Source of the DNA: a virus
IMG/VR virus record: IMGVR_UViG_3300045988_094113
Coordinates: 1 to 51,701 of that record
Length of the DNA: 51,701 nucleotides
Reading direction: 5' to 3' (one strand)
The notes under the pieces are model-generated. The model searched no databases. It was given only the letters and a program-made list of their open reading frames with translations, and was not told the origin of the DNA. How positions within the stretch are numbered: position 1 is the stretch's first letter; each line of letters opens with the position of its first letter. Both the position numbers and the translations under genes were made by a program. Of the stretch, positions 42,203 to 51,689 are shown in pieces.

Positions 42203-42433
42203 ATGTTTAAAAATTGTGTATTTAAACCAGATGTTAATACAGTAAAGTGGTGTAAAGCAACAGGAATAAGAGCCGTTAAAACAATGGCACAAACGGCTGT
42301 AGGTGTGATTGGAGCAAGTACAGTAGTAAATATGGTAGATTGGAAGATGGTATTATCTGCAAGCCTTGTAGCAGGCATTACAAGCGTTTTAACAAGCATT
42401 GCAGGTTTACCAGAAGTAGAAGCAACAAAGTAA
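42203..42433 (+). CDS. Holin
   Basis: 76 aa; AAAGGAG RBS; AVKTMAQTAVGVIGA...LVAGITSVLTSIAGLPE; directly upstream of the endolysin. Confidence 0.7.
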   Translation: MFKNCVFKPDVNTVKWCKATGIRAVKTMAQTAVGVIGASTVVNMVDWKMVLSASLVAGITSVLTSIAGLPEVEATK

Positions 42434-42448
42434 AGGAGTGGATCAGTA

Positions 42449-43792
42449 ATGGCACATTTATTTGTTATAGCAGGACATGGAGCAGGAGATTGTGGAGCAG
42501 TAGGATATGGATATACAGAAGCGGAAAGAGTTAGATATTTAGCATCAAGGTTATCAGCGTTAGGTGGTAGTAATGTTACTATTGCAGATACAAACCGAAA
42601 TTGGTACGCCGATAATGGAATCATGAGTTTAAATATCCCTAAAGACTGGCAGATTTTGGAATTACACATGGACAGTGCAGGAGCTTCGGCAAATGGTGGT
42701 CATGTAATTATTAAACAAGGATTTAATCCAGATAAATATGATACTGCATTGTCAAATTTTATCAGTACATTCTTTCCGGGTCGGTCAATCAAGTTAGATG
42801 CTAGGAATGATTTAGCAAACCCAAACAGAGCGGCAGTAAGAGGATATAGCTATCGACTTTTGGAAAATGGATTTATAACAAACAGTTATGATTTAAACAA
42901 ATTCAACACACAAACGGATGAACTTGCAAGAGGAATATTAAGAGCATTTGATATTGGAGTTGCCGAAACAAAACAAAACAAGCAGGTTGATGAAGATGGG
43001 GAAACAAAATCTGGAACACATCAAGATACAGTACAACATTTTGGTAAAATTACATATAGAGCGCATATGCGTGATTTTGGTTGGGGTTGTTGGCAGTGTG
43101 ATGGTTTGATGGTTGGAACAATCGGAGAGAATAGACGTATTGAAGCGTTTAACCTTATACCAGTTGGAGAAACGGATGTATCAGTACATATAAAGGATAT
43201 CGGTGATAAAGAATATAAGAATATCACTAGAAATACTTTGATTGGTACAATGGGGCAGAAAAAACGTATCGAAGCAATTAAAATTACAGGCAAAGACACA
43301 AATTATGCTTACAGAGTACACCAGAAAAATATCGGTTGGAGTGCATGGACATTTAACGGTAATTGGTGTGGAGTGAAAGGAAAGAAACTACAGATTGAAG
43401 CAATCGAGATAACAAAAGCGAAATTCCTTGCTACTCCATTTGTACAAAACAAAGGTTGGCTACAAGAATCTGTATGCAACAACGTTATCGGAATAACAGG
43501 ACATAATTTACGTTTAGAAGCGTTTAAAATCAATCCTTTAGGCATGGATATTGGTATTAAAGCACATATACAGGATAAAGGTTGGGTTGATTATGGAACG
43601 ATAAACAAAGATACTGTTATCGGTACGACAAACGAGAGTAAACGTATAGAATGTTTATGCTTTAAAGGTGATTTTGAATACAGAGTACATGTTCAGAATA
43701 GTGGTTGGACTGATTGGACAAAAGCTGATGGAGTAGCAACACTCGGAACTGTAGGACAGGCATTAAGAATTGAAGCAATACAGTTTAGATAA
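42449..43792 (+). CDS. Endolysin: N-acetylmuramoyl-L-alanine amidase plus six ChW cell-wall-binding repeats
   Basis: FVIAGHGAGDCGAVG N-terminus; six repeats of the type YRVH.QN.GW..W...G...GT.G...RIEAI.I. Confidence 0.85.
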   Translation: MAHLFVIAGHGAGDCGAVGYGYTEAERVRYLASRLSALGGSNVTIADTNRNWYADNGIMSLNIPKDWQILELHMDSAGASANGGHVIIKQGFNPDKYDTALSNFISTFFPGRSIKLDARNDLANPNRAAVRGYSYRLLENGFITNSYDLNKFNTQTDELARGILRAFDIGVAETKQNKQVDEDGETKSGTHQDTVQHFGKITYRAHMRDFGWGCWQCDGLMVGTIGENRRIEAFNLIPVGETDVSVHIKDIGDKEYKNITRNTLIGTMGQKKRIEAIKITGKDTNYAYRVHQKNIGWSAWTFNGNWCGVKGKKLQIEAIEITKAKFLATPFVQNKGWLQESVCNNVIGITGHNLRLEAFKINPLGMDIGIKAHIQDKGWVDYGTINKDTVIGTTNESKRIECLCFKGDFEYRVHVQNSGWTDWTKADGVATLGTVGQALRIEAIQFR

Positions 43793-43797
43793 AATTT

Positions 43798-43826
43798 AGG
43801 TGGCAGAAATGCCACCTTTATTTATT
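43798..43826 (+). terminator. Intrinsic terminator
   Basis: aggtggca-gaaa-tgccacct then ttatttatt. Confidence 0.85.
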
Positions 43827-43867
43827 ATATATAATATATATTATATTAAATATATTTATTGTTATTG

Positions 43868-43896
43868 TTGACATATATATATTATTATGATATAAT
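43868..43896 (+). promoter_or_regulatory. Sigma-A-type promoter upstream of portal
   Basis: TTGACA-17-TATAAT. Confidence 0.7.
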
Positions 43897-43921
43897 ATGT
43901 TAAGAAAGGAGAATATGTGTA

Positions 43922-45508
43922 ATGACTACAAAAAAACAATATCCTGTTGAAGTAACAACAGCATTAGCAAGTTTCCCTTATTTTGTTTTAAGAAATGAGA
44001 TAAAAACAGGATATAATCTATATACACAAGAATTATTACAGATACAGCAAAATTATATAGATTATAAAGAAGGTGCTAAGTTTTATACAGAAGGTAGTGC
44101 AGGGGATTATGTTCCGTCAAACATTAAGTTCAAGATTGCGAAAACATTGATAGACAAAGAAGCAAGATTTATGTTTTCGCAAACACCAGATTTTTATGTA
44201 CAACCAGTTGACGTAACAGAACAAGCAAATTCAGAAGCACAAGAATACCAAAGGTTAGTTGATAAGGTTTTAAATAATAAAAACAATAATTTTTCAAGAG
44301 CATTATTACAGAGTGCAAAAGATTGTTTCATCGGTAAACGTGTTGCGTGTTTAGTAGATTTTTCAGAAGAAGATGGCATACAAACACATTTTTATAATAG
44401 CTTGCAATTTTACTATGAAACAGAATATGGCTCTGACAGACTGACAAAGTTTGTAAGTTTTGAAAATGTGAGTGAAAGCAAAACAACCAGTGAAAGGCTG
44501 TACCTTGTAAACAGGTATGAAGAAAGAGAAAATGCAATTTATATGAGTTCTATTTTATACAATGGTTCTGGTAAACCAGTAGAGGAACTTATTGCAGAAA
44601 CAAAAACAAAATTAGAATATATTCCGGCAGTTGTTATTTTCAATGATGGGACATTGCAAGATAAACGTGGTGTGTCTGAAATGGAAAGCCTAGCATACTA
44701 TGAGGAAGGATATAGCAGATTAAGCAACGGGGATATTGACAGTGAAAGAAAAGGTATGAACCCTATTCGATATACTGTAGATATGAGTCCAAACACGACA
44801 AAAAACCTTCCGAGTGGTGCTGGTGCTTATTGGGATTTACAAACCAATCAAAACATAGATAACAAGTCTCCTATGGTTGGAACATTAGCACCACAAATGA
44901 ACCATACAGAAGCGGTAAAAGAAACGCTAACAAGAATTAAAACAGCTATGTACAACGAAGTGGATGTTCCAAACATAAGTGAAGAAACAATGGCAGGAAC
45001 AATAACAAGCGGTAAAGCATTAAAAGCACTGTACTATCCGTTGCAAGTTAGATGTGATGAAAAGATGAAAGCATGGCGTCCTGCATTAGAGTTTATTGTT
45101 GAAACAATATTAGACCTTGCTAAATTGAATAAGGATATCGTTTCGACATTGTATGTTATTCCAACACTTGCAGAAATACAGTATAATATACAAGTTGTAG
45201 AAAATTATGCACTGATGGAAGATGAAGAAACAGAAAAAGACTCAGACCTTGCTGAGATAGCCGCTAATGCACGAAGCAGAAAGTCATATATTAAAAAGTG
45301 GCGTAAAGAAGAGTTTAAAACAGATGAACAGATTGAAAAGGAACTTATGCAGATTGCGGTTGAGTTGAGTATGTTCGACAGTATGAGTATGAATACACAG
45401 GTACAAAGTGAATTGGATAAACAAACAACAGATGGTGAAGTGCAAAATAATATTGATGATATAGAAACACAAACAAAGTTGGGTGAACAGAATGGCACAG
45501 AAGTTTAG
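43922..45508 (+). CDS. Portal protein
   Basis: 528 aa; position and size; followed by a Mu F / SPP1 gp7-like gene. Confidence 0.8.
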   Translation: MTTKKQYPVEVTTALASFPYFVLRNEIKTGYNLYTQELLQIQQNYIDYKEGAKFYTEGSAGDYVPSNIKFKIAKTLIDKEARFMFSQTPDFYVQPVDVTEQANSEAQEYQRLVDKVLNNKNNNFSRALLQSAKDCFIGKRVACLVDFSEEDGIQTHFYNSLQFYYETEYGSDRLTKFVSFENVSESKTTSERLYLVNRYEERENAIYMSSILYNGSGKPVEELIAETKTKLEYIPAVVIFNDGTLQDKRGVSEMESLAYYEEGYSRLSNGDIDSERKGMNPIRYTVDMSPNTTKNLPSGAGAYWDLQTNQNIDNKSPMVGTLAPQMNHTEAVKETLTRIKTAMYNEVDVPNISEETMAGTITSGKALKALYYPLQVRCDEKMKAWRPALEFIVETILDLAKLNKDIVSTLYVIPTLAEIQYNIQVVENYALMEDEETEKDSDLAEIAANARSRKSYIKKWRKEEFKTDEQIEKELMQIAVELSMFDSMSMNTQVQSELDKQTTDGEVQNNIDDIETQTKLGEQNGTEV

Positions 45509-46490
45509 ATTAAAAAATGCCGAGGAAGTAAGAAATACAACTACAATGCAAATGCAAAGAGAGATACAAAAAATGTATAGGCAATTATACAAAGATGTTT
45601 CTAAAAAAGTTGCAAACATGAATGATACGAATTATCAGAAACAAAACCTTATAATCTTAAAACGTGACATTAAAAAGCGAATAGAACAACTAAACAAAGA
45701 TATAAAAGGTGGAGTTATTAGAAACATGACAACTGTATGTAATGAAGTAGTTGTTGACATCCGTTATTTTTTAAAACAGTGTGGTTTTAAAGATTCTGAT
45801 ATACACAATGCATTTCAGTATGTTCCAGATATGGTTGTAAGGAATATCGTTAACGGTAATATATATCAAGATGATTGGAGTCTTAGTGCCGCCATATGGG
45901 GGTATAACAAAAAAACACAAGATAGTTTGGACAGAATAATATCTATTGGAACGGCACAAGGGAAAAGCGCATTAGAGATAGCAAAGGAATTAGAAAGTTA
46001 TGTAGAACCAAACGCACAAAAGAAAACCAGGACAATACAAAGTTGGAGAATTGCAAGGCAAAGTGATGTTGATGCAGGAAGAGCGCAATATGTTGGAGAA
46101 AAGATAAAAGATACATTTTATTTTGGAAAAGTTGATTACAATGCACAGCGTTTAGCAAGAACAATGATAAGCCATGCATACCAACAAAGTTTTGAAAATG
46201 TGAACAAAAATGACCCTTTTGTTATTGGTTATAGATGGCTTACAAGCAACTTTCATGGTCGAGTGTGTGATATATGCAGAGAAAGAGCAGAAACAGACCA
46301 ATATGGTTTAGGAACAGGAGTGTTTCCTAAAGATGCGTTACCTTTAGACCATCCGAATGGAATGTGTACATTTGAAGCAGTAATGCCGGATGATATGAAA
46401 ACAATTGCACAAAAGATTGGAATGTGGTATAATAGTCCTACAGGAACTTATCCAGACATAGATAGATATGTTTTGGATTTTGTACAGTAG
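45492..46490 (+). CDS. Minor head protein (Mu F / SPP1 gp7-like)
   Basis: C-terminal CDICRERA...LPLDHPNGMCTFE. Confidence 0.75.
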   Translation: MAQKFRLKNAEEVRNTTTMQMQREIQKMYRQLYKDVSKKVANMNDTNYQKQNLIILKRDIKKRIEQLNKDIKGGVIRNMTTVCNEVVVDIRYFLKQCGFKDSDIHNAFQYVPDMVVRNIVNGNIYQDDWSLSAAIWGYNKKTQDSLDRIISIGTAQGKSALEIAKELESYVEPNAQKKTRTIQSWRIARQSDVDAGRAQYVGEKIKDTFYFGKVDYNAQRLARTMISHAYQQSFENVNKNDPFVIGYRWLTSNFHGRVCDICRERAETDQYGLGTGVFPKDALPLDHPNGMCTFEAVMPDDMKTIAQKIGMWYNSPTGTYPDIDRYVLDFVQ

Positions 46491-46498
46491 AAAGGAAC

Positions 46499-46924
46499 GT
46501 GAGAACAGTTATGGAAATTAAGAGAGTATGCAAAAAATGTGGAGAAGTATTTGAGATTGATTCTAGCAACCTTATTAGAAAGGACGTACACGATGAATAT
46601 GGTAATTTTTACAAACTTATGTATTGTGATTGCGTAAGATGCCACACAAGGGATTTTGTACAGATAGATGATAAAAATACCCTTAAAGAATTTAAACGTC
46701 TTAAAAAGCTAATTATTGAGGTTGCAAAGAAGAATGTAAAAGGGCAGACTGTATCCCCGAAAGACATTAAGAAAAAAGACAGACTTATGAAGCAGATTAG
46801 AGAAGATAGGGAGAAATTAAAAGAGGTTTGTGCAGGAAAAAAATATTTTGATGAAAATGAAAAAATTGTTACAGAGTGCTTGACATTTGAAAAGGTTGGT
46901 GATATAATTGAAAGTAACTTGTGA
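46499..46924 (+). CDS. Zinc-ribbon protein
   Basis: CKKC...CVRC; start uncertain (GTG 46499 or ATG 46511). Confidence 0.5.
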   Translation: MRTVMEIKRVCKKCGEVFEIDSSNLIRKDVHDEYGNFYKLMYCDCVRCHTRDFVQIDDKNTLKEFKRLKKLIIEVAKKNVKGQTVSPKDIKKKDRLMKQIREDREKLKEVCAGKKYFDENEKIVTECLTFEKVGDIIESNL

Positions 46925-47219
46925 TAAGTGCCACAAGGAATTTGATTTAACGCTAAAACAGGAACAAAAGGTTGTAGGCAATACAGAAATAACAAAGACA
47001 TTTATAGAATGTCCGTTTTGCAATGAGAAGTTCGGTGCTTATTATGATACACAAAGTACACTTGTATTAAAAAAGCAAATACGAAAACATATTGCAAAGT
47101 TACAAACTATAAGAGATGAACACCAATACAAAAGGGAAATGAAAGCAGTAGAGAAGAAGCAAAAACGATTAGAAAGAGAAACAAGAATACTTGAAACAAA
47201 GTATAGTAAAGAGTTTTAG
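46908..47219 (+). CDS. Zinc-ribbon protein, paralog-like to the upstream gene
   Basis: TTG start; CDKC...CPFC followed by a basic coiled coil. Confidence 0.45.
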   Translation: MKVTCDKCHKEFDLTLKQEQKVVGNTEITKTFIECPFCNEKFGAYYDTQSTLVLKKQIRKHIAKLQTIRDEHQYKREMKAVEKKQKRLERETRILETKYSKEF

Positions 47220-47233
47220 AAAGGGAAAAGCAA

Positions 47234-47896
47234 ATGGCAGAAACAAATACTAATGTAAACACAAATGGAGATAATACAACAAATACAAATGGAGATGGAA
47301 ACCAGAACACACAACAAAATGCTAATACTAATTCACAGAACACAAATACAAATGTGGTTGACGCTGAGAAAGTAAAGAATGATGCAATTGCAGAGTATTT
47401 GAAAGAATTAGGTGTTGAAGATGGTGATACTCTTAAAGGTATTGTTACAAAAGCAAAAGAAGAGGAAGAAAAGAATAAAACAGATTTAGAAAAGTCTAAT
47501 GACACTCTTACAGCTACAACAAAAGAACTTGTTGCAGAACGTGAAGCTCGTATCATTGCAGAAGCAAAGTTATCTGCAATTCAATTAGGAGCTAAACCAG
47601 AACTTGTAGATGATTTGGTTATTATTGCAAAAGCGAAAGTAACAAAAGATAAAGATATCAATGCTATTATTGCAGAAATTAAAGACAGCACAAGTGGAAA
47701 GGTTTATTTTTCTAATGAAGATGAAAATGAAGAGAAAAAAGGAACAGTAACAAGAAAAAGAGTAAACAAAAAACCGGAAACAAACACTGATGGCAACAAT
47801 AACGCAGACGGTCAGAAAAACAAGAATAAAGGAACAATGGCAGAAAGATTGCTTGCAAACAGAGTAAAACCAAAAAGTCATTATTTCAGTAAATAA
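47234..47896 (+). CDS. Scaffolding protein
   Basis: 220 aa; N/T-rich low-complexity N-terminus, helical acidic core, position before the capsid gene. Confidence 0.7.
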   Translation: MAETNTNVNTNGDNTTNTNGDGNQNTQQNANTNSQNTNTNVVDAEKVKNDAIAEYLKELGVEDGDTLKGIVTKAKEEEEKNKTDLEKSNDTLTATTKELVAEREARIIAEAKLSAIQLGAKPELVDDLVIIAKAKVTKDKDINAIIAEIKDSTSGKVYFSNEDENEEKKGTVTRKRVNKKPETNTDGNNNADGQKNKNKGTMAERLLANRVKPKSHYFSK

Positions 47897-47914
47897 TATT
47901 AAGGAGGAAAATAA

Positions 47915-48304
47915 ATGTTTAACAATACAGGAATTATGAAAGAAACATATGGAAACAAAAATCAGATTCTTTTTGCAGTAGAACATCAAGTATCTATGGG
48001 AATTGTTGTAGATACTACTTGTGGTGTTGCTGAGAATGGAAGAAAAATTGCGAAAGCAGGAACACCAGTAACAGGAAATCTTGATGAAAGAACAACAGCA
48101 TTTACACTAGCCGCTACAACAACAGGAGCTTCAAACGCAGTTGGTATTCTTTTACATGATGTTGATGTAACAGACGATGATAACAACGGAACAGTTCTTT
48201 TATTTGGATTTGTTAATACAAACCGAATTGATGAAACAACAAAAGCAAAAATCACAGCAGAAGTTAAAGCCGCACTTCCAATGATTAAGTTTGTGGCTTG
48301 TTAA
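47915..48304 (+). CDS. Putative head decoration protein
   Basis: 129 aa between scaffold and major capsid genes; AGGAGG RBS. Confidence 0.45.
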   Translation: MFNNTGIMKETYGNKNQILFAVEHQVSMGIVVDTTCGVAENGRKIAKAGTPVTGNLDERTTAFTLAATTTGASNAVGILLHDVDVTDDDNNGTVLLFGFVNTNRIDETTKAKITAEVKAALPMIKFVAC

Positions 48305-48330
48305 TAACAAATAAGGAGGAATAAACAGAC

Positions 48331-49365
48331 ATGACTATTTATGATTTAATTCTTAGTGAAGAAATTGTAACATACTGGGAACTTTTACAGCAAGACAGAG
48401 AGCCATATATGGGAGAAGAACTTTTTCCGGATGATAAAAAGCTCGGACTCGACCTTAAATGGTTAAAGGGTTCTAATGGACTTCCGGTAGTTTTGAAACC
48501 AAGTGCATATGATGTAGCGGCTATTCCGAGAGCTAGAATTGGCTTTGAAAAGCTTAGTGCAGAAATGCCATTTTTCAAAGAATCATTGTATATTGATGAA
48601 GAGCTTAGACAGGAGCTTAACAAGGTTATTGAGAGTGGAAACCAAGCATACATTGATGCAATTGTAAACAGAATTTTTGCAGACGAAACACAGCTTCTTG
48701 AAGGTGCGGCGGCACAGAGAGAGCGTATGCGTATGATGGCACTTACCACAGGTACTATTGTTATGGAGGGCAATGGACAGGCATATGAATATGATTATCA
48801 GATGCCACAGTCACACAAAGTAACAACTAAGAAGTCATGGAGTGACCCAACAGCAACGATTATGAATGATATCAGAGATGGTATCAATAAAATCGTAGAG
48901 GATACAGGTGTTACACCAGAAAGAGCAGTTTGCAATTCAAAAGTATTTGCAAATTTTAGAAACAATACAGAAATTAAAAAATCTATTCTTACACTTACCG
49001 AAGGTGTTGGATTTGTTTCCGACCAGAAAATTAAACAATACATTTCTGATGAACTCGGACTTGAGATCGCAGTTAATGATAAACGGTATAAAGATGAAGA
49101 TGGAACAACACAAAAGTATATTCCAGATGATGTATTTGTAATATTCCCTTCTGGAAAACTCGGTAATACATGGTTTGGAACAACACCAGAAGAATCTGAC
49201 CTTATGGCAGGAAGTGTTGCAAATGTAAACATTACCGACACTGGTGTTGCTGTTACGACAATTAAAGTTCCAGACCCAGTTACCGTAGAAACAAAAGTGA
49301 CAATGATTTGTTTGCCAGATTTCCCAACAGCAGACCAAGTGTATATTATTGATACAACAGTTTAG
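48331..49365 (+). CDS. Major capsid protein (lambda gpE-like family)
   Basis: 344 aa; N-terminal pattern ...YWE...PYMGEELFP..K..GLDLKW; strong RBS. Confidence 0.8.
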   Translation: MTIYDLILSEEIVTYWELLQQDREPYMGEELFPDDKKLGLDLKWLKGSNGLPVVLKPSAYDVAAIPRARIGFEKLSAEMPFFKESLYIDEELRQELNKVIESGNQAYIDAIVNRIFADETQLLEGAAAQRERMRMMALTTGTIVMEGNGQAYEYDYQMPQSHKVTTKKSWSDPTATIMNDIRDGINKIVEDTGVTPERAVCNSKVFANFRNNTEIKKSILTLTEGVGFVSDQKIKQYISDELGLEIAVNDKRYKDEDGTTQKYIPDDVFVIFPSGKLGNTWFGTTPEESDLMAGSVANVNITDTGVAVTTIKVPDPVTVETKVTMICLPDFPTADQVYIIDTTV

Positions 49366-49376
49366 GAGGGAAAAAT

Positions 49377-49688
49377 ATGGCATTTGTAGAAGCAGTAAAA
49401 AACAGGCATTATATTAAAGTTTCTAAAAGTGCTTATGACAGCATTTTCAAGAAAAAGGGATATAGACTTGTAGACGAAGCAAAGAAAATAAATAAAGAAA
49501 ATATTGTTGATGATTTTGTTGAAAAAGCAGAACATGAAGTTGTAGAAACAGAAGTTCCGGTTTCGGAGATGAATAAAGAACAGCTTATGAAGTATGCAGA
49601 AGAACATAACATTGATACTTCTTCCGCAAAGAATGTAAGAGAAGCAAGACAGATTATTCAAAACGCCATTAGAGAACAGAATATGTAA
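49377..49688 (+). CDS. Hypothetical protein with C-terminal HeH/Rho-N-like motif
   Basis: MNKEQLMKYAEEHNIDTSSAKNVREARQIIQ. Confidence 0.5.
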   Translation: MAFVEAVKNRHYIKVSKSAYDSIFKKKGYRLVDEAKKINKENIVDDFVEKAEHEVVETEVPVSEMNKEQLMKYAEEHNIDTSSAKNVREARQIIQNAIREQNM

Positions 49689-49705
49689 ATATTGGAGGTG
49701 CTAAC

Positions 49706-49954
49706 ATGGACAATCTTGAAAAGTTAAAATTTAATTTACGTGAAGAGCAAACCCCGTATTTTACAGATGAAGAACTTCTCTATTTGTTGGAAAAAAATAA
49801 TGGGAATGTGAACAGAGCAAGCTATGAAGGACTGATATTAAAAGCAGAAACTACAGGTTTGAATGTAAGTGGACTTACCACAAAAGACAGTTCCAGTTAT
49901 TTTAAAATGTTAGCATCTCGATATATTGAAACAAATAGTGGGGTGCTGATATGA
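49706..49954 (+). CDS. Head-tail connector (adaptor) protein
   Basis: 82 aa; synteny. Confidence 0.5.
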   Translation: MDNLEKLKFNLREEQTPYFTDEELLYLLEKNNGNVNRASYEGLILKAETTGLNVSGLTTKDSSSYFKMLASRYIETNSGVLI

Positions 49955-50331
49955 GAAGCGGAAAGCTATTTACAGAACTTTACAAAGTAAAAAGAGAGAT
50001 TAAGTTGCATGGTGAAGAATATACCGTGTACAAACAGAAAACAGACAAATATGGAGAAACCACTAGCGATATTGAAGAGATTCAAAAGGTTAGTGGTTTA
50101 TTCCACATTACAAAGGGATATACAGCACAAACAGTAAGTGACGGAACAAAAGTAAGAGCAAAGTCGCAACCGATGTTAATGATATGTATGGAAGGTTCAG
50201 AACAAATTGAAAATGGAATGTTTGTTATGATAAATGATAACAGATACAATATTGTAGACAAGAACAATATACAAGAATATAACATGGTTGTAGATTTATC
50301 TTTGGAGTTGGTACAAGATGGCAGGAATTAG
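49951..50331 (+). CDS. Head closure / head-tail joining protein
   Basis: 126 aa; ATGA overlap; synteny. Confidence 0.5.
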   Translation: MRSGKLFTELYKVKREIKLHGEEYTVYKQKTDKYGETTSDIEEIQKVSGLFHITKGYTAQTVSDGTKVRAKSQPMLMICMEGSEQIENGMFVMINDNRYNIVDKNNIQEYNMVVDLSLELVQDGRN

Positions 50332-50674
50332 ATTAGATGCTTCGAAGCTTTTAGCAAATTTACAGAGTGCAGAAACAAAGTCGCAAATTGCTATTAAAAT
50401 GTTTGCGAACGAAGGTGCAAAGAAATTTCAAAATTATGCAAAACAAAATAGACCATGGACAGATAGAACAGGTCATGCAAGGCAAAGGCTCACAGGATGG
50501 GTTGAAACGTTGAGCAATAAAACAAGAATCTATATAGGTCATGGTGTTGATTATGGAGTATATTTGGAATTGTGCCACGAAAAAAGATATGCAATACTAC
50601 AAAAGACTGTAAATGCAGAAAGCGGAGAAGTGTTAGAAGGGTACAAGGAGTTGTTAAAGTATTTGAAACCATGA
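50318..50674 (+). CDS. HK97 gp10-like tail component
   Basis: NRPWTDRTGHARQRLTG...GHGVDYGVYLE. Confidence 0.65.
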   Translation: MAGIRLDASKLLANLQSAETKSQIAIKMFANEGAKKFQNYAKQNRPWTDRTGHARQRLTGWVETLSNKTRIYIGHGVDYGVYLELCHEKRYAILQKTVNAESGEVLEGYKELLKYLKP

Positions 50675-51027
50675 GCATATTAAAACAAATATATGATACA
50701 ATTGCGGAAGATGGAACAGAAACATTTTTTCCGTCACAGCACAGTGGAGAATGTATAAAAGAATATGTGGTTGTTAAGTTGGAAGATATAACAGTTCCAT
50801 TAACTGTATCCAGTGAAAGACCATTATATACCATAATGTGTTATGTTCCGCAAAACAATTATAGCAGGCTTGAAAGCCTAACATATGAAACAAAACAAAA
50901 GCTAAAAAAAATGTATCCAACAATAATGTATATAGGAAATGAAACAGCAAGCTTTTATGATTCTGATGTAAAAGGACATATGAAGAGTTTCCAGTATGCA
51001 GGATGCAGAAAGATAGAACAATATTGA
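50671..51027 (+). CDS. Tail completion protein
   Basis: 118 aa from an ATG in ATGA overlap; the track start at 50572 overlaps the upstream gene. Confidence 0.5.
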   Translation: MSILKQIYDTIAEDGTETFFPSQHSGECIKEYVVVKLEDITVPLTVSSERPLYTIMCYVPQNNYSRLESLTYETKQKLKKMYPTIMYIGNETASFYDSDVKGHMKSFQYAGCRKIEQY

Positions 51028-51041
51028 AAGGAGAATAAATA

Positions 51042-51689
51042 ATGCCTAGAACAAAAAAGAAAGCTGTAGGTATTCCTACTATAGACGTTGCGCTTGTTGT
51101 GGTAAGAACAGGCACAGAAGATAGTGGAATGGAGATTGCAGTTGATACGGCTAATAAGATTGGAGTAGAACCACAAACAGATACGGTAGATGCGATTAAG
51201 CTTGTAAAACTCGGAAAGTTATTAGCACAGAAACCAAGTACAACGACAATTACTGGACACCAGATTACATTAACAGACAATGTATTTATTCCAGAACTTG
51301 TAAAGATTTTTCAAGGTGGAACAGTAGAAGGAAGTGGTACAACACTTAAATATACGCCACCAGTTGCAGGCAGTGCAGATAAAGGGGAGGTATTTGAGCT
51401 TGATTGTTATTCAGCAGTATATGATGCATCTGGACAAATCACGATGTATGAAAAGATAACATATCCGAATTGTCAGGGGACACCTGTTACAATAAATACA
51501 GAGGATGATGTATTTAGAGTTCCAGAATATACAATCAATAGCGCACCGAAAACAGGTCAAGCACCATATATGATACAGTATGTAGAACAGTTACCTAACT
51601 TGACAGAATTTACCGTAGAACAGCAAAGTATGGAAACAGATGAAGGTGGCATTGCAGTTGTAGATAACGGTGATTTAACAACAATGTAA
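51042..51689 (+). CDS. Major tail protein
   Basis: 215 aa; AGGAG RBS; immediately precedes the chaperones and tape measure on the circular map. Confidence 0.7.
   Translation: MPRTKKKAVGIPTIDVALVVVRTGTEDSGMEIAVDTANKIGVEPQTDTVDAIKLVKLGKLLAQKPSTTTITGHQITLTDNVFIPELVKIFQGGTVEGSGTTLKYTPPVAGSADKGEVFELDCYSAVYDASGQITMYEKITYPNCQGTPVTINTEDDVFRVPEYTINSAPKTGQAPYMIQYVEQLPNLTEFTVEQQSMETDEGGIAVVDNGDLTTM

Noticed and set aside
47240-47350. AAT/ACA-rich repetitive DNA at the start of the scaffold gene as a tandem repeat or CRISPR-like array
   Set aside because: It is in-frame low-complexity coding sequence (NTN/NGD repeats) with no regular repeat-spacer periodicity.
2819-49141. Alternative-frame + strand ORFs inside larger genes (2819-3007, 12706-12900, 19596-19814, 23077-23289, 25703-25921, 42340-42534, 48908-49141)
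   Set aside because: They are embedded in well-supported genes (tape measure, RecA-like, MTase-like, endolysin, capsid and others), have no RBS and give low-complexity products.
830-51280. All minus-strand ORFs in the track (about 75, 60-189 aa)
   Set aside because: Each lies almost entirely inside a longer + strand gene that has recognisable motifs or an RBS. Their products are Leu/Phe/Ser/Cys-rich, as expected for antisense reading of AT-rich coding DNA. None has a convincing RBS or promoter. Gene packing on the + strand leaves no room for them.
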